In this document: piece after piece, positions 13,195 through 27,661 of the stretch
Numbering within the stretch: the first letter of the stretch is position 1
Layout: every line of letters begins with the position of its first letter
Source of the DNA: Octopus vulgaris
Lineage: Eukaryota
Assembly: GCA_951406725.2 (NCBI GenBank)
Contig: OX597817.1
Coordinates: 38,130,001 to 38,194,000 of the forward strand
DNA: 64,000 bases
Direction of reading: 5' to 3'
Program-made: the position numbers and the translations under genes
Notes under the pieces: generated by a model
The model's database searches: none
The model's input: the letters and a program-made list of their open reading frames with translations, nothing else
What the model was told of the DNA's origin: nothing

Positions 13195-13845
13195 AGGGCA
13201 GTCAACTGACAGAATCGAAAGATATACCTTGCGGTACTTTCCCGGCTCATTACATTCAAAGTTTAAATCCCGCCAAGGCCAAACTTAGCCGTTCATTCTT
13301 CCGAAATCGATAAAACAAAGAACCAGTGAAGGACTAAGTACGAATAGCATTCTCCCCTCAAATTACTGCTCTTGGGCCAAAGTTAGTAATTATCATTATT
13401 TCTGTTACTGTTTGTGTTGTTGTTGTTGGTAGTGGTGTTGATGTTATTGTAACCTATTGTTGAAAGATTTAAAATGCTTGATTTATTATTGTTGTTGTTG
13501 TTACAATTGATAGTAGAGGTAGTGGTTGTAGTTTTGGTGGTGATAGTAGGAGTAGAGGTCTAAGTGGCAGTAGTAGTTGTTTTGTTGGTGATGATGATTT
13601 TATTGTCTTTTGTAGTGAAAGCGTTGGTTTAGTAGAATGGTTAAAGCATTGAAGAACATTCCTTGCGGTATTTAGTTGGGCTTTTTACGTTCTGAATTCA
13701 GATTCCGCTGAGATCCCCTTTTCTTTCATCTTTTAGGAGTCTATAAAATAAAGAACAGTCAAGTGCAGGGGGTGATCTACTCGATAACCACCACCACTGA
13801 TACAGTCTCAAAATTCCTGGCCTTGTGCCAATTTTAGAAATTATT
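13195..13845 (+). mobile_element. Two old SINE family B relics (~13195-13390, ~13620-13845)
   Basis: Degenerate ttacgttctgaattcagattccgctgagatc...ttcatc...tctataaaataaagaacagt and ...ggccttgtgccaattttagaa tails. Confidence 0.6.
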
Positions 13846-14619
13846 GTTTTTCTTTATTGTAGTGGTGTCATTGTTTGCTACGACAGTGGTGATAATGGTA
13901 ATGCAGGTATTGTTTAGCCCCTTGAATAAAGGTATTCCATTTATGGTTATTTTGTCCTTCTAGTGGGATTATTGTCAGTGATTATATCATCCAATGTTGC
14001 TTAAGACAAAAGGGTGTGATTTGAGCGACACTTGACTATTATTTCAAGCAGATCGAGCAACAACAAAGTGATAGTTGTGGAAATGGTGATATTGCTTAGT
14101 CCCGTGTCAGTACTCATCTAGCTGGAAACGACTGGAATGTCTATGGAAGGCATTCCAGCAGTTGCCATCCCTTCAGTTTTTCAGGCAGGGTGCATCTTGG
14201 ACTATACCTATCCAATGTGTCCTTCTTTGGTCGTTTGTGACTTAATGGAGATTTGAGCTATTATTTCTAGCAGTTTGCCCGACCAAGCAAAGGTTCCCTC
14301 CAGTGACAATGGTGGTGATCTTAGTAAACCTACAGGTTGTCAACGTTTCTTGTTCATTATTTCACCTTCCTAAGAATCTCCACTGAACTTACATTTTATA
14401 TGTCAGGGTCGCTATTCTTGTATTACTGATGTTGTTGTTGTTAATGCCAATGATGTTGTTGTTCAGGTTAATATTGATCGAGCAAAGCAGAGCAAATAGT
14501 CAAAAGGTGTTCTTTCCTTAAGCATCCCACCTTCCTCCTATGTGTGTCTATGTATATGTGTTAAGTTAATTTAAAATCATTCGTTTGGTCCAAAGAATTT
14601 TAACTCTTCCATGTTGTCA

Positions 14620-15110
14620 TTACAACTTCACAATATTGGTAACACTTATTCAAAAAATGTTATAAATCAACTTTGAGTTTAAAACATTTCCAGTGTCCAA
14701 CCATTTTCTTTGATGGCTAGAGACTCAGATTTGTGGATTTCCACTTACAAGTTTCTTGAGATGGTAAAAATATTGGGTATAGATGGGCCATGGGGCTCAT
14801 CCAAACATCTAAAGACTTGTGTGAAGTAAGCATAATCTTCACTTTGTTTTTGACTTTTTGTGAGGCTGTTTTATTCACTGTTGAGATTTTAAACACTCTC
14901 TGTAACATGCTGACTGGTACCATAGCAATTTACATGGTATACAGTAATGTGGCATCACCGTATGGCTCTTAACCAGGCCCTTCCAGTGCAGGAAACATGG
15001 GATTTCTAACAAGAACTCTCTAGACATTACCCACAATATTTCATTGTACTCATGTGTATCACTCTAAAGAGAATGTGGCATTACAAAACAATAAAAATAA
15101 TAGACACGAA
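14620..15110 (-). pseudogene. Possible piggyBac transposase C-terminal relic
   Basis: Minus-strand fragments THEYNEI (compare the YN..MGGVD region) and HWKCFKLKVDL*HFLNKCYQYC (compare the C-terminal Cys-rich domain). Heavily decayed. Confidence 0.35.
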
Positions 15111-15394
15111 ATAATGGTCATTCAACATATAATTATATGTGTGTCAAAAGAATGTAGCAATAAATATTCTGGGAATTTCAATAACACATATGTCTGTTGG
15201 TATTTAAATACTTGAAAATATCTTCTAGATATTTCTTTTATAAACTTCGTATGTCACCATTGTTGCAAACACAAGCCCTAATGTATCTTGAGCCTGTGTC
15301 TATTTATGTATGTTTGTGTATGCAGTCTATATCATTACATTTTTTTCAAATGTTCAAATTCTTACAGATTCATCAGTGTATCAATGTGTCAAAT

Positions 15395-15780
15395 TAGTCG
15401 TATCTCCAGTTGTTATAGACCGTCTCAGTAAGCATTTTGCATTCAGAGACTTCATGTGCAGCTGTCTCCTCTCTTTTACCACATAATATACATGCAGCCG
15501 AGATGTCTTTTTTTAGCTATATTCTTCATGACGTATATTGTTTCGATTGCTTGGTCCCGTGCAGCTGGGAACACGCCATCTATCTCTTTCTTATAAGCTT
15601 CCAACTTTAGTTACTGAAATAACTTCTGAATCAGTACCCCTCAGTACTTCGAAAAAAATTTGCGCGCAAACTTTTCCCTTCGTATCTTTGCATTCAATCT
15701 CTGAAAACTTCCCCTTTTCACTCCCTTTAGTTAATATCTCTTTTTCTTACTACTATTAAAAGCACTTCGTCCATCACCGC
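15395..15780 (-). pseudogene. R4/Dong-like (restriction-like endonuclease clade) LINE relic, CCHC region
   Basis: Minus strand KEIDGVFPAARDQAIETIYVMKNIAKKDISAACILCGKREETAAHEVSECKMLTETVYNNWRYD matches the R4/Dong pattern ETEG.I.AAQDQ...CRLC...ET..H..S.C..LA...Y..RHD. Confidence 0.75.
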
Positions 15781-18395
15781 AAGTAAATATAGCAAATTTT
15801 GCAAAATGTTGTTCTATTGTTTAACTCCATCTCAGCTATGAACCAACAGATCTATGAGCAAAGGCTTTCCAGCCGTGATCATTTCGTGATTTTATATGTG
15901 AAATTAGAGCGACCATATAGCAATTACTTCACTGACTCGTTTATGAAGGGCAAAAATTGTGAATTTTCTCTATAAGGTTCCTTTGTAGTCGGATTTACTG
16001 AGAGAAAATATTTAGTTGTATGTTTAAAGGCTATCACTCTTTCATGGTGTGCCCTAATCAATCTTATGTGGCTGTCCCTCTTTTCTTTGAAGATATATTT
16101 CTATTATGATTCGAGTTATTTATTTATTTATTTTGTAAAGTTCAAGAATCATATATTTATGGGTATCTATGTACATACTTACATAAATACATGCATAAAC
16201 AACCGCGTATGCAGACATAATTAACTGGTTAATGTTACTCTACCATTTTGCTTGTCTCACAATCCTGTCACCATATGCCTACATATCTAAGCATATAAGA
16301 ACGAAAATTCTATTTTCTCATGACAGCTTTTTAAGCCGAAATATCGAAGGCAACTGAAAACCCTTATTGTGATCTTCCTGTTGCCTTCATCTGCGTTGTC
16401 AGTTAGTTGGCTTCTCTGACAAATTATCCGATCAAGTGAGCTTATTTTTATAGATATAAGCTCGATCTCATGACATTTAAATGTTTAATTTTTTTTAGTA
16501 ACATTTGAAATAGCTTCTCGTTAAGTGTCAATATATTTTTCTTTTATGAATTCATTCGTTGTTGAAGACCAAGATAGTTCATGAAATTTAAAAATTAGTA
16601 TGTGTCTTCTTTAGTTACCATATATAGCTTGATAGAGCTGTAATGTTTTTCTTATGTGAGAATCTAAAGACGACAGTGTGCAGGTGTTGCTGCCGTTCAA
16701 GTGGCAAATCTTTCTGCAGCTCGTTTCTTTGACCGAGCTTAAGTCCTGGGTCAGGTGCAGGCCGAAGTTAGACGTTCGGCACCTTGAATGCTACAAGTGA
16801 ATCACTGCACGATACCACCTAGGCAATATGGTAGTTGGAAGGTCAATCATTGCATTCAACATAATAAAGGAGCGTCTAAGACACAAAAGGCATGGGAACT
16901 ATTTCGGGTGCCGCCGAAGACAATCAGAATAATTTCTTCTAGAAGTTTCAGACTGAGGATTATGGGTAAATTTCAATAGTTTTTTCCGCAGAGCTGTACT
17001 ACAAGGTTGGTGATAGTGGAGACAGGGGAGTCTGTCCAAGATAAACTTTACAAGCTTGGTCATCTTGGGACCGCTTACAAGCGAACCTACTCAAGTTGCG
17101 CGTAGAGTGATGAAATCTTCCGACACTCATACGCTCAGTGTCCATCCATTGTCGATATTTGGGTTCATGAAGTGCTTTTTATCATACGAGTCGGATCCGA
17201 CTATAACCGCGTCCAGCGTGGAGATCAATCCACTGCTTTCTTGTGGAACAGGCTTTTTTATTGAACATTTTGGAAGTCTACCAAAGCTAGTCATGAAGAT
17301 CGGGGTTCTTTTTTTATGAGATTGCAATTTTATTTCATTCCGTTGCTCAAGTCAATAATGGGAACCACTTAAGGGCAAAAATAATAACAAATTCCGGGGT
17401 TTGTTGGTCCTAAGGCGGTTATCCCAGTATACAACGTCACTGGATGCAGTTTAAGAATCATAAAAAAAAAATCACCTCGTACTCATTTCCATGAAATAAT
17501 TCCCGAACTTCCCTCCCAACCACGACGATGAGAGTCACACACAACATCAGTAACTACAGCTGGAACTAAGAGACCCAGAAGTACTCCCTCACAGTGAGTG
17601 CCACCCCATCCACTATAAAGATTGGAACCAGTTGGTGAGAGAATGATATCGTCAGACATGTTTTTAAAAAATATCAAAAAGGTTCATATAAAACAATCGA
17701 AAGAGCAATAAAAATGCAGGAGAGAAGCTAAACATTTCATGAAACAGAGACTTCCCTCCATTGAGGAAGAACTCATCTCCAATGAAGGCTGAGGTTATAT
17801 CTCGAGAGAAGGAACATTCTCCTCTGAATAAAATGAAATTCTCAACTTTACGCAAGACTAACAAGACCCCTAAATGAAAGACACCATACTCTCCAGATGA
17901 GTGTTCATCTAGGAAGAAGTGGGGTCACACGTCAAACAGATATAAGAAGGGATCAGTGGGGTACCATGGTTAATGCAGATGGCAGCTTCTTACCAACGTG
18001 TCAGTGATTGCCTCGTTGAAACTCAATATCGTTTTAATTAGTATGCTTTTAATCATAATCTTTTAATTATTCAGTGTAAATTCATTTACCATTGACTTTT
18101 AGACTCGCCCTCATGTGCTACATAAAATTTGTCACTCGTCCCCCACCCTTCGCTGTCCGGCGTTCCAGTAGAGCCCCGGAAGAATAGTGTAGTGGATTGT
18201 CTGAATCAAGTTGAGCATTGGACAAAATGCCTTTCGATTCTCAGTTATAAACCTTTAATATGAGTTCTAATCCCGCCTCAGTCAAATTTACTATTCATCC
18301 TTGCAAACAAACGTACCACTGAAATACTAGAATCAAGCTAATCTAGTTAAAACCGTACCTACCAATTTGTCGCTGTGTGCCCCTGAAAGATAAAT

Positions 18396-18448
<53 letters not shown>

Positions 18449-19090
18449 TGCAAATCTGGGAGGATGTGTGGCAGTAATGGTACTAAGAAGTACTTGCAAA
18501 AAATTGCAGGGTTTGAATTGGAGAAAAATTAAGAGAAATTTAGAAAGAATCGAAAAACTATATTAAATAAAAAGCAAGGAAAAGAACGAAAAGAATGAAA
18601 AGAACGAAAGAAAGATAGATAGAAAGAAAACATGAAATAAAAAGAAAGAAGAAATGAAAGGAAAGCAAAGACAAATAAAGAGGTAAAGCAAGCAATCACG
18701 CTCTGCGCATGCGTGCTTCCAGATATGGAAAGTGTTGTGCAATAAAGAACACGTGTAGCATCATGAGGTGTTCCGAAGTGCCTTTCAAAAAAATGTAAAT
18801 AAATTATTAGGACTTCCTTAAAAGGCAACACTCTACACTCTGCCTTTATCCCGGTTTAGCCTTGCCTCTTCCATTTCGTTCACGTTTTGGCATCGCTGTT
18901 TAATTTATGCTTGTTGCTTGCTTTCATTCTTAAAACCGTTCCAGCAACATGAATTGCAGTTTCTATTCGCAATATTTCCCAGCATTATTCCATATATGTA
19001 CATAAATTGATTTCTGAATGTACAATCGTAATCATGTAACTGTCGATCAGTCTATCTGTCTAACTAGCAGCCTTGATGCATATACATACA

Positions 19091-19147
<57 letters not shown>

Positions 19148-20311
19148 CCTCACTCTTCTTTTCTCTCTTACTTTCACTTTCATTAACGTGCGAGCGAGCA
19201 TGCATACACGCGCGCATACACATGTGTTTACAAATGCACAAAACTTTCTCCTGTTTAACCCTTGCATGCCCGTGCATATGTCTGTATTTTAATGTATGGA
19301 TATATGAATGTAGTTAGGTACATGCAGACGTATCTGCATGGGGTTATACATGCGTGTGTACGTTTATCGCTATTTATGGCGTGCACTTTTTTTAGTATGC
19401 TGTGCGGGTGTATATACACATACACATATATATATATACATGCATATATATATATATATATATATATATGTTTGTGTGTGTATACACACATACACACATA
19501 TAGACAGATATATGCATGCATCCATGCATGCATACATACATACATACATACATACATACATACATACATACATACATACATGCATGCATGCATGCATGCA
19601 TGCATGCATACCTACATACATACATACATACGTATACAGAAATAGAGGGAGAGAGAGAGAGAGAGAAGGAAACTGACAGACGGACAGAGATAGATGGATA
19701 GAAAATAGATAGACAATGTGACTGCACTTTTTGCGTGGGAACAAGGATATCAATTTATGCAGACGCTGCTGTCATATGATGTATACACGGATAATAATGC
19801 ATATTTATTTCAGCAAGCATTTCTGCATGTATCCAAAGATGCATGCTGCAATTAGTTGCTGCACATTGGTGCTGATGCATGCATATAAATACTAACAAAC
19901 CTAGATGCATTATAATTGCATCTGATTTATATAGTAATATATATGTATGTACGCATGTCTTCTACAGACCAATGCATACGATTAAGTATTCATTGAAAAA
20001 TATACATACGTGTGCGCGTGTGTGCACAAATATGAATGTTTATATATACATCGGATTAAGTAGATTCTAAAAATATGCATAAGGTGCGTGTGTTAAGACA
20101 CATGAAAATATATATGCACATGAGAATGTATAAGCAAATACAATGAATAAAAAAGAAAAATTTTCAGAAAAATGTACGTATGCGTATGTATACACATACA
20201 AGAAACTGTTTATACATACATGCACTGCGTGTGATTAAATATTCATTGAAATGAATGCACAGAAGTATATATGTATATATACTTGTTACATATATATTCT
20301 TGCTCTATTTT

Positions 20312-20343
<32 letters not shown>

Positions 20344-22200
20344 CATACACACAGATAAATAGATAGAGACAGACAGACAGACAGAACAGACAGACAGACT
20401 GACAGACAGACAAACAGACAGACAGACTGATAGATATATATATATATATATAGATAGATAGATAGATGCGAAGTATATGATTAAATATTTATTGAAAACT
20501 ATACATAAACGTTTGTATACGCACAAGACTATGTCTATATTTATACATACATGAGATTATGCTTTAATATTGATATATATACCTAAGTAGTGATGTTTTT
20601 AACACAGTACCTTGTACTGGGTTGGTATCTTTAGGGCTGTTATTGACTACCTTATTTACTATGTCTTTCTTTATTATTTAAGATGGTAAGGTGAGATTTG
20701 AGGTAGTTTTGACTGCTGTTTCTTGTCCAACAAAGCATAGTGAATGGGATTTAGTAGACCAAAACTACGTGAAAGGCATCTAGACAGACTGTTGCCGTTT
20801 TAAAATGTAACCTGTTGTAGCACCATCCCTTGCTCCTTCGATACCTTTCGTAGAGGCTCATCTGTGGCGAGGTGAAATGATACAACTTTCAGGCCTCGAT
20901 AGGAAAAAGGGTGGCCCGTTCAAATAACAAGGGAATTATGAGTTGTAATTGTTTGTTTTTAAGTTGTTTTTGAAGGAAGGCCTTGTCAAATATTCTGAGG
21001 CCTTTCCTTTTTCAGTTATGGGCCCCGAACTGACGCCCTTTCTGAACCTGGTCCCTGTTATAGACCTTGGGGCCAGGTGTCTCATCTGAGGATAATTAAT
21101 TCCTCCTTTCTTCACGTCAATCTCAGTGGTGCTGAAAGAGGTTATGAATGTTGTTCTTCCTCTTGCAAGCCATGTAAAATGAGAATAAAACTCATTGAGC
21201 CATATTAAGGCTCTTTGTTGGACCATTCCTCCGTCTCTCCACTCCTTTTAAAAAATGTACAGTGTGATTTGATGAAAACTAAGCTGCTATTTCTAGCAGG
21301 TAACTGAGACCACTGAGAGGATTCTTTAGTGGTTTGTTTATTTCTCATGTGCTGAGCTACATTATAATTAGACATGTCACATGTCACATGGAGACGTCAG
21401 CTCCTAAGTGAACGAGTGATGCAACTCTACGTGGTAGCGCTACCTGCTAGATATAACAGCCAAATCTCCCCCAAATTATACCTGCCGTCTTAAGCAGGGG
21501 TTTCATTGGGTAATGAAATCTGGTGCACACAATGACTGGGGGAAAATGGTAGTCATGGATCTCCTGTAACACATCTCAGGACCTCCTTGAATGGTGGAGG
21601 GAATTGAGGGTTTTTTACCTACACCAAAGACCTAACCGAAGAATTATTAAGCATAAAGCCAAAGACATGGGTATATTACTTCTCACAGCACTAACAGCAA
21701 CAATGTAAATATAAGGAGGCATAGCAAAGCCGTTAGGTATAGATTCTTTGAGTCACCGTATATTGAGTTCGAACCTGTGTCATTTATGTCTCAACAGCCA
21801 TGTTCTTCATTCTCCTGTTTAAATATGATAAATACCGTTTTCAGGTTTTAATACCCTAAAAACTAAATTACTCACGACTTTAATACTTCTATTCCAGTAT
21901 GTGTGTGTATGAATGAATGTATGTATGTATGTATGTATGTATGTATGTATGTATGTATGTATGTATGTACGTATGTATGTGTGTATGTATGTACGTATGT
22001 ATGTATGTATGTTTGCATGTATGTATGTATGTATGTTTGTACACACACACGTCGTTCGTAAATAATAATAATAAAAGGACTCAATACATAATGTAGAGTG
22101 TGACTACATTTATTCGATGCCGTTGTTAAATTTCGAAGACTGAGTTTCCAAAATATATATTGTGGGGAGAGACGTGCGTAAATACGTAAGGATAACCACG

Positions 22201-22296
<96 letters not shown>

Positions 22297-24319
22297 TGGA
22301 GGACTCAACACAACACATTATGTCTACCCTGCATCATCACAGAAATGTTGTTGTTTAGCCATAATTCAGCCCCTGGTTGAATAAGACCTATGATCAAAAG
22401 TGTTCAGGTTGTGAACATCATGTCTTTTTCCCTGGGCATGAGGCACAAAAGATCATATCCGATGTGGTGCAATCTTTTTTCAAGGTGTGATCTGAGAGAG
22501 AATTAACAGCTATTTCTCATAAATCGAACGATTACATAGAAGCTCTGTCTTCAAGTTAGGCTCAGTCCTTCCCTTTCTGGGTTCCAGCAAAGTAAACAAT
22601 TTAACTCAAATGTACAAAGTAACAAAATGCACGAACGTATAGCCGCGTGGTTCTGCTTGCAACAATACGTGGTTTGAGGTTCGATTTTGTTGCATGGCAT
22701 TTTGGTTAAGTGTCTTCTTTTACAGCCTCAGATCGACCAAGACCAAAACATTGTCAGTGAAATTTCTTGGATGATAGACTTAATCTGTAACCCGATTTAA
22801 CCTACCCCACCTCACTCGTGGGTATTCCTTAACAGGGTATATTCTATTGTTAGTATCCAGTTCCAAGAATAACCTCGCAGTTAGAAGGTTGGTAGGAGGA
22901 AGTTATTCTCAAACTGACACCTGTTTCGAATGTTTTAAAAGTATTTAACGTAACTCCATTAAAGATACCAAATCGTCAGGTCGTGGTGATGAACCGGGCA
23001 ATGAATTAAATCATTAAACCGGATGATATAAATTATGTGTGATTTAGAATGGTGTGAGCTGCTCAGAAACAATAACGAAATGCCTGTAGGAGATTCGGAA
23101 GACTGACACTGTAGTCACTTGTAACCACTTGTACCAATACTGTAACCACGTTTCACCTCTAATCCAATTTATCACTTATACATATTTTATAAGGCAGGTG
23201 AAGCCCTTCACTTCTTTGGCTGCTCATCTAAGAGAAGACAACTACATACGATTCCGGCATCCTGTTAACAACTGGGCTCGTGACACTTGTTGCGCAAGAC
23301 CACTACTAGTTTGAAGGACAAGAGATATTATGTAATAATACATACTATCTGCTTTGTAGAGTAATTTACTGAGCACTTAAAAAAGGCTAAAAAGTGAAGA
23401 AAATCTGGGAGGGATCCTAAAGCAAATATGCCCAATTATACTTAACTTAATTCGGGTAGCCCCTGCGATTCCATGAATGCTGCGAACGCATTGTCTTGTT
23501 TTACCTTCATAGCATACTTATGGGTGAAGAGATGGTAAATGTACTTGCAGCAGTGCACTTGCTTTTGGAAACAGACTAGGCGAAGTAGAAATGGTTAAGT
23601 TAGTGTCTCTGCAAAACCCTTAGCCAACAAGGAAGAGGGCGAACCACATATTTTATGTCCAACCTTGAAAACATCATGATAAAATCGACACTGACGGTAT
23701 TTGAACGCAGAAATGTATTAAACTGGTTGATCGTTAAACAGAAGAGTATCTAAGTCGTCACTTGACCTGTAAGAAATAACAGCCAAATTTTCCTTATGTC
23801 ATTATTCTACGCCATAAAAAAAGGAACATGTTGTCTAATGTTTTAGATACCTGACGAACAAAATGTACGAAATGTCCACGGCTTGATTGTTTTTGATCAC
23901 ATGCTAGCTGGAAAGGAACTGACAAAACGTTGAAACAACGACAAAATGTCTAAAAAAAAGAGGACTAAAAAAAAACGCAGTTTATTTGGATTATTAAGTC
24001 AAAATTTGCAACTCTAGAGTGGCAAGTGAATGAAAAGAAAGAGATAAACTCTCACTGAACATATTCTGTAATATCGTTTCAATTCCTACCTGGATGCCAA
24101 TTCTCATTGGGAAAGGCAAGGATGTTACACATCCCAGAATCAGAAATGCTACTACTACTACATCAGAAGTTCTTAACCTCAGATTCTAGCTAGTAACATC
24201 TCGTTCTCATGGATATACGCCAAAATACATAAACCGAAATAATTTTATATTCAGATAATATTATATTCATGTGTAAACATCTATGTACGACTCTCTTTCT
24301 CTTTCCTTTTTTTCTCTCT

Positions 24320-24358
<39 letters not shown>

Positions 24359-25355
24359 GATCACGCGTGCTACTGGTAACATGGAATCTAGTACAATCTG
24401 TTGCAGGGTCTAAACCGGCAGCCTCACTAGGTTAGCCTGGTGAGAAAACCCAGCAAAGCTATAAACAAGACCAGTCAAAAGGACGGATGAATACGGTGTA
24501 GGTTCGACGACTATCTAACAATAACATGGACTCTCAGAATTTTCCGGGCTGGTGTTCTCCGAGCTGGAAGCCCACTGGGAGTGAGACAGCCCTCAGCTTG
24601 GAATGGCATGAGACATTTTGGGGATCTTTTGCATGCGCATGGGATCATGGAACTCCTACGCCCCTGAGCCTTACTAGAGATCTTGTCTGGCCTGTCTCAG
24701 AATCAAGTCAGTAGGGTGGAGAGGGTCTGTGAGGTGTTGTACAAGCTTTGTCAGACCTAAAATTTTTCACTGTGATGGTCATGCTCGTCAACAAGTTGAG
24801 AGTCGTCATGTATGTATATAAACATACACATCGCGCGCGCGGTTTCATACATACATACATGTATGTATGTATGTATGTATACATGCCTACATGCTTTCAT
24901 ACATACATACACATTCATACATATGTGTGTGTTATAATATATATGTACAGCTAAAAGAAAAACACAATCGAAAACAAAATCAATGCTACATAATACAATA
25001 AATACATATGTTCTCTCGTATCATCGGACACTACCGTGCTTCTAGAATATATGTAATGTATACACGATACTCCATCAGCGGAACGACAGAGTTATATGAA
25101 ATCTTCATTGTGTCTATACACCGAGGTGTAAGAACCGGTGATACAGGGAACGAGCCAGGAGTCAAGAAAACAAATACTCAAAATTTACTTTGTAAAAGAA
25201 TTTACAAAAAATGTTAGAATTTTCGGATTAATTTAGAATGTAAAATTAATTAACAGGAATGAGCACTTTTCCAACTTCATTGAATACAACAGAAATATTT
25301 TCGCTAATATCATGTATTAACTATTATTCTTATTATAATGTGCGTGAGTGTGATT

Positions 25356-25402
<47 letters not shown>

Positions 25403-26088
25403 GCATGTATGCATCTAATCTTCATGTTCTTTTAAGATGTAGAAATAATATTGTAAAATTGGATCACACTTTATACGAATGTGAAAGTTGCTCTTCAAAT
25501 GAAAGCAAGAATGCTATAGCTCGAACGTATACAAAGCACACACAGAGAGTTATACATACAATCATCTTTCTCCATGTGATCGGCTTCAAAAACTGTTAAG
25601 ATACTTGGCTATTTTCCTACTCTTCTTAACATGAAAACAATGGTAGCCTTAATTCACAAATAAAGAATATATATATAAGCATATATAGGTACAGGACGTC
25701 ATTAACAGTAAACAACATGAAATACGAAAACAAATGAGTTAAATACGCAAATAACGAGAGAGAGAAAAGGACAAGTAATCCAAAGAATGACCCTTCATCA
25801 GTTGTCGGCTGTCTATCTACTCCCCATTTCGAGCTATCAACGACAATATGAGTCTTCGAAGGCAGTTGCTCCCATAAATAGCAAAATAAAATTTTGGATT
25901 TATGGAAGGTCAAAGTTAGGAACAAAAACAGGACGGTGGAGACATACAAGGAAACCGAATGAAAACAAACATGGAGGGTTGTTAGACCTGAATGAGGGGA
26001 AAAATAGTGAACTCTGAGAGAAATATTTTCTTTGAAAAGAGAAAAGATAGAAGAGAGAGAAATAGGAGACGTCCAGTCCTTAGAACGT

Positions 26089-26145
<57 letters not shown>

Positions 26146-26419
26146 GGTAAAGGAGTGAATGATTATCTTATGAAACATATTCGAGGCTCCGACGAAGCTA
26201 TACGGCGTTACTCAAGCACTCAACTATGAGTCCACAGCATCTTAAAGCAGAAACCGCTGAAAGCTAATGTAGTTCATTAGATAATTGCTTTTTCCTTTGT
26301 CATCTCATTTTCTTATTACCGCTCTGTACTCGACTAACGATTCGTTCTGGAGTAAATGTATATTGAGCTCTATACTAGGTTACTAGCCTCGCAGTGCCCA
26401 AGCGAAATACATCTGTATA

Positions 26420-27430
26420 TATAATGATGATTGCTTCATCTTGACAGATGATAGCCGTCCCATTAACACACACACCACACCCCATCACACAGCACAATCA
26501 CTCCGCTGATGAGCCCTCAGATGTCTTTTAAGACCAGCTGCTGACTGACAGGGCTTACAACACTAGTGACAGATATTATTCAAGTTTCTTCTATATCTTT
26601 GCCTTTTGGAATCTGATTGTGAAGGAACATTTTTGTGAACTAGCGTATGTCTTTTAAGTTCAGATATTGTCTTTCAAATTTTGTGACATATGACACAAGT
26701 AGTAAGAGGCGGTTGGTGTCCAAGATTATTACCATTTCAATTTTCATGTGACTTCATATGATTTACGTATCCTGCTTTTGACAACAGAATACGATCACAT
26801 ATAATACATTTCCAATGTTTACTGTTGATTACAGCTCCAGTCGTTCCTTTGCGACAGGCCCTTTTAAGCTCAGACAGCTGTATCATCTTTTCCTACCAGG
26901 ATTTGTAACCAGTCCTAACAGCACCTCTCCACATTTTCCCAATCGCTTTTGTTCATATCTAGTTTCTTCAGGTTTTCCTACACACAGTCTTTATACCTTT
27001 TCCTCGGATTATGTTGTGGTCGCTTACCAAACTTAAGCTCACCATAAAAAGGACGCTTTAATAATCACTCATCTGTCATTCTAATAATATGTCCAATTGA
27101 TCTCACTTGAGCCAAGAATACATGTTGTTCAATTGAGTTACAACGTGCCATGCGCAAAGCTTCTGTATCTAGTACGAAACATTCCCACTTTACTCTTAAG
27201 ATACGTCTGAGGCACTTTTGATGAAATCTCTCCAGCATTTTTATATGATGATTGTAAGTGGTCCACGTCTCACTTGAATAAAGAAGTGCAGTCAATACAC
27301 ACGCTTCATAGACACTGGTTTTTGTCTGCAGGGAAATACCTCTATCCGCCCATACTCTCTTTTCGAGCTTTCCAAATGCAACACTTCCCTTCTCTGTGCG
27401 ATAGTATATCTCTATATCAAGACCACCACA
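26420..27430 (-). mobile_element. 5'-truncated RTE-clade LINE: RT C-terminus, three C2H2 fingers, 3' UTR
   Basis: AFGKLEKRVW..TKTSVYEACVLTALLYSSETW..LERFHQKCLRRIL is typical RTE/BovB. It is followed by CIICDRILLSKAGYVNHMKSH, CVICHKI*KTISELKRHTLVH and CH*CCKPCQSAAGLKRHLRAH. Confidence 0.88.
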
Positions 27431-27661
27431 TGTGATTTATGCCAAGAGATAGTGGTCTTGATGCAGATATGTATGTTGCGTTTTGAATTTCGTCTGATGA
27501 GACGAAGATAAATCACATGTAATATGTTGTAATATTGCACAAACATTTATATTTATATTCATATTTATATTTATATTCATGATATATAGGACCATATATT
27601 GTTGAACCAACCGTAATGAAAAAATAAATGTAATACCATAACCTCCGTTCCTGGACTTACC

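Noticed and set aside
12619-13209. Poly-F/L/S ORF
   Set aside because: Translation of the TTC/CTC tract.
16650-17950. Complex sequence with short ORFs, possibly a LINE ORF1 relic or exons
   Set aside because: No motif I can identify with confidence and no consistent splice pattern; left unannotated.
25690-25830. Minus-strand CTGATGAAGGG motif
   Set aside because: No closing stem II or GAAAC found downstream; probably a decayed repeat end.
26503-26560. CTGATGAG-CCCT...AGGGC hammerhead-like start
   Set aside because: No GAAA follows the stem, and the sequence is the antisense of the third RTE zinc finger.
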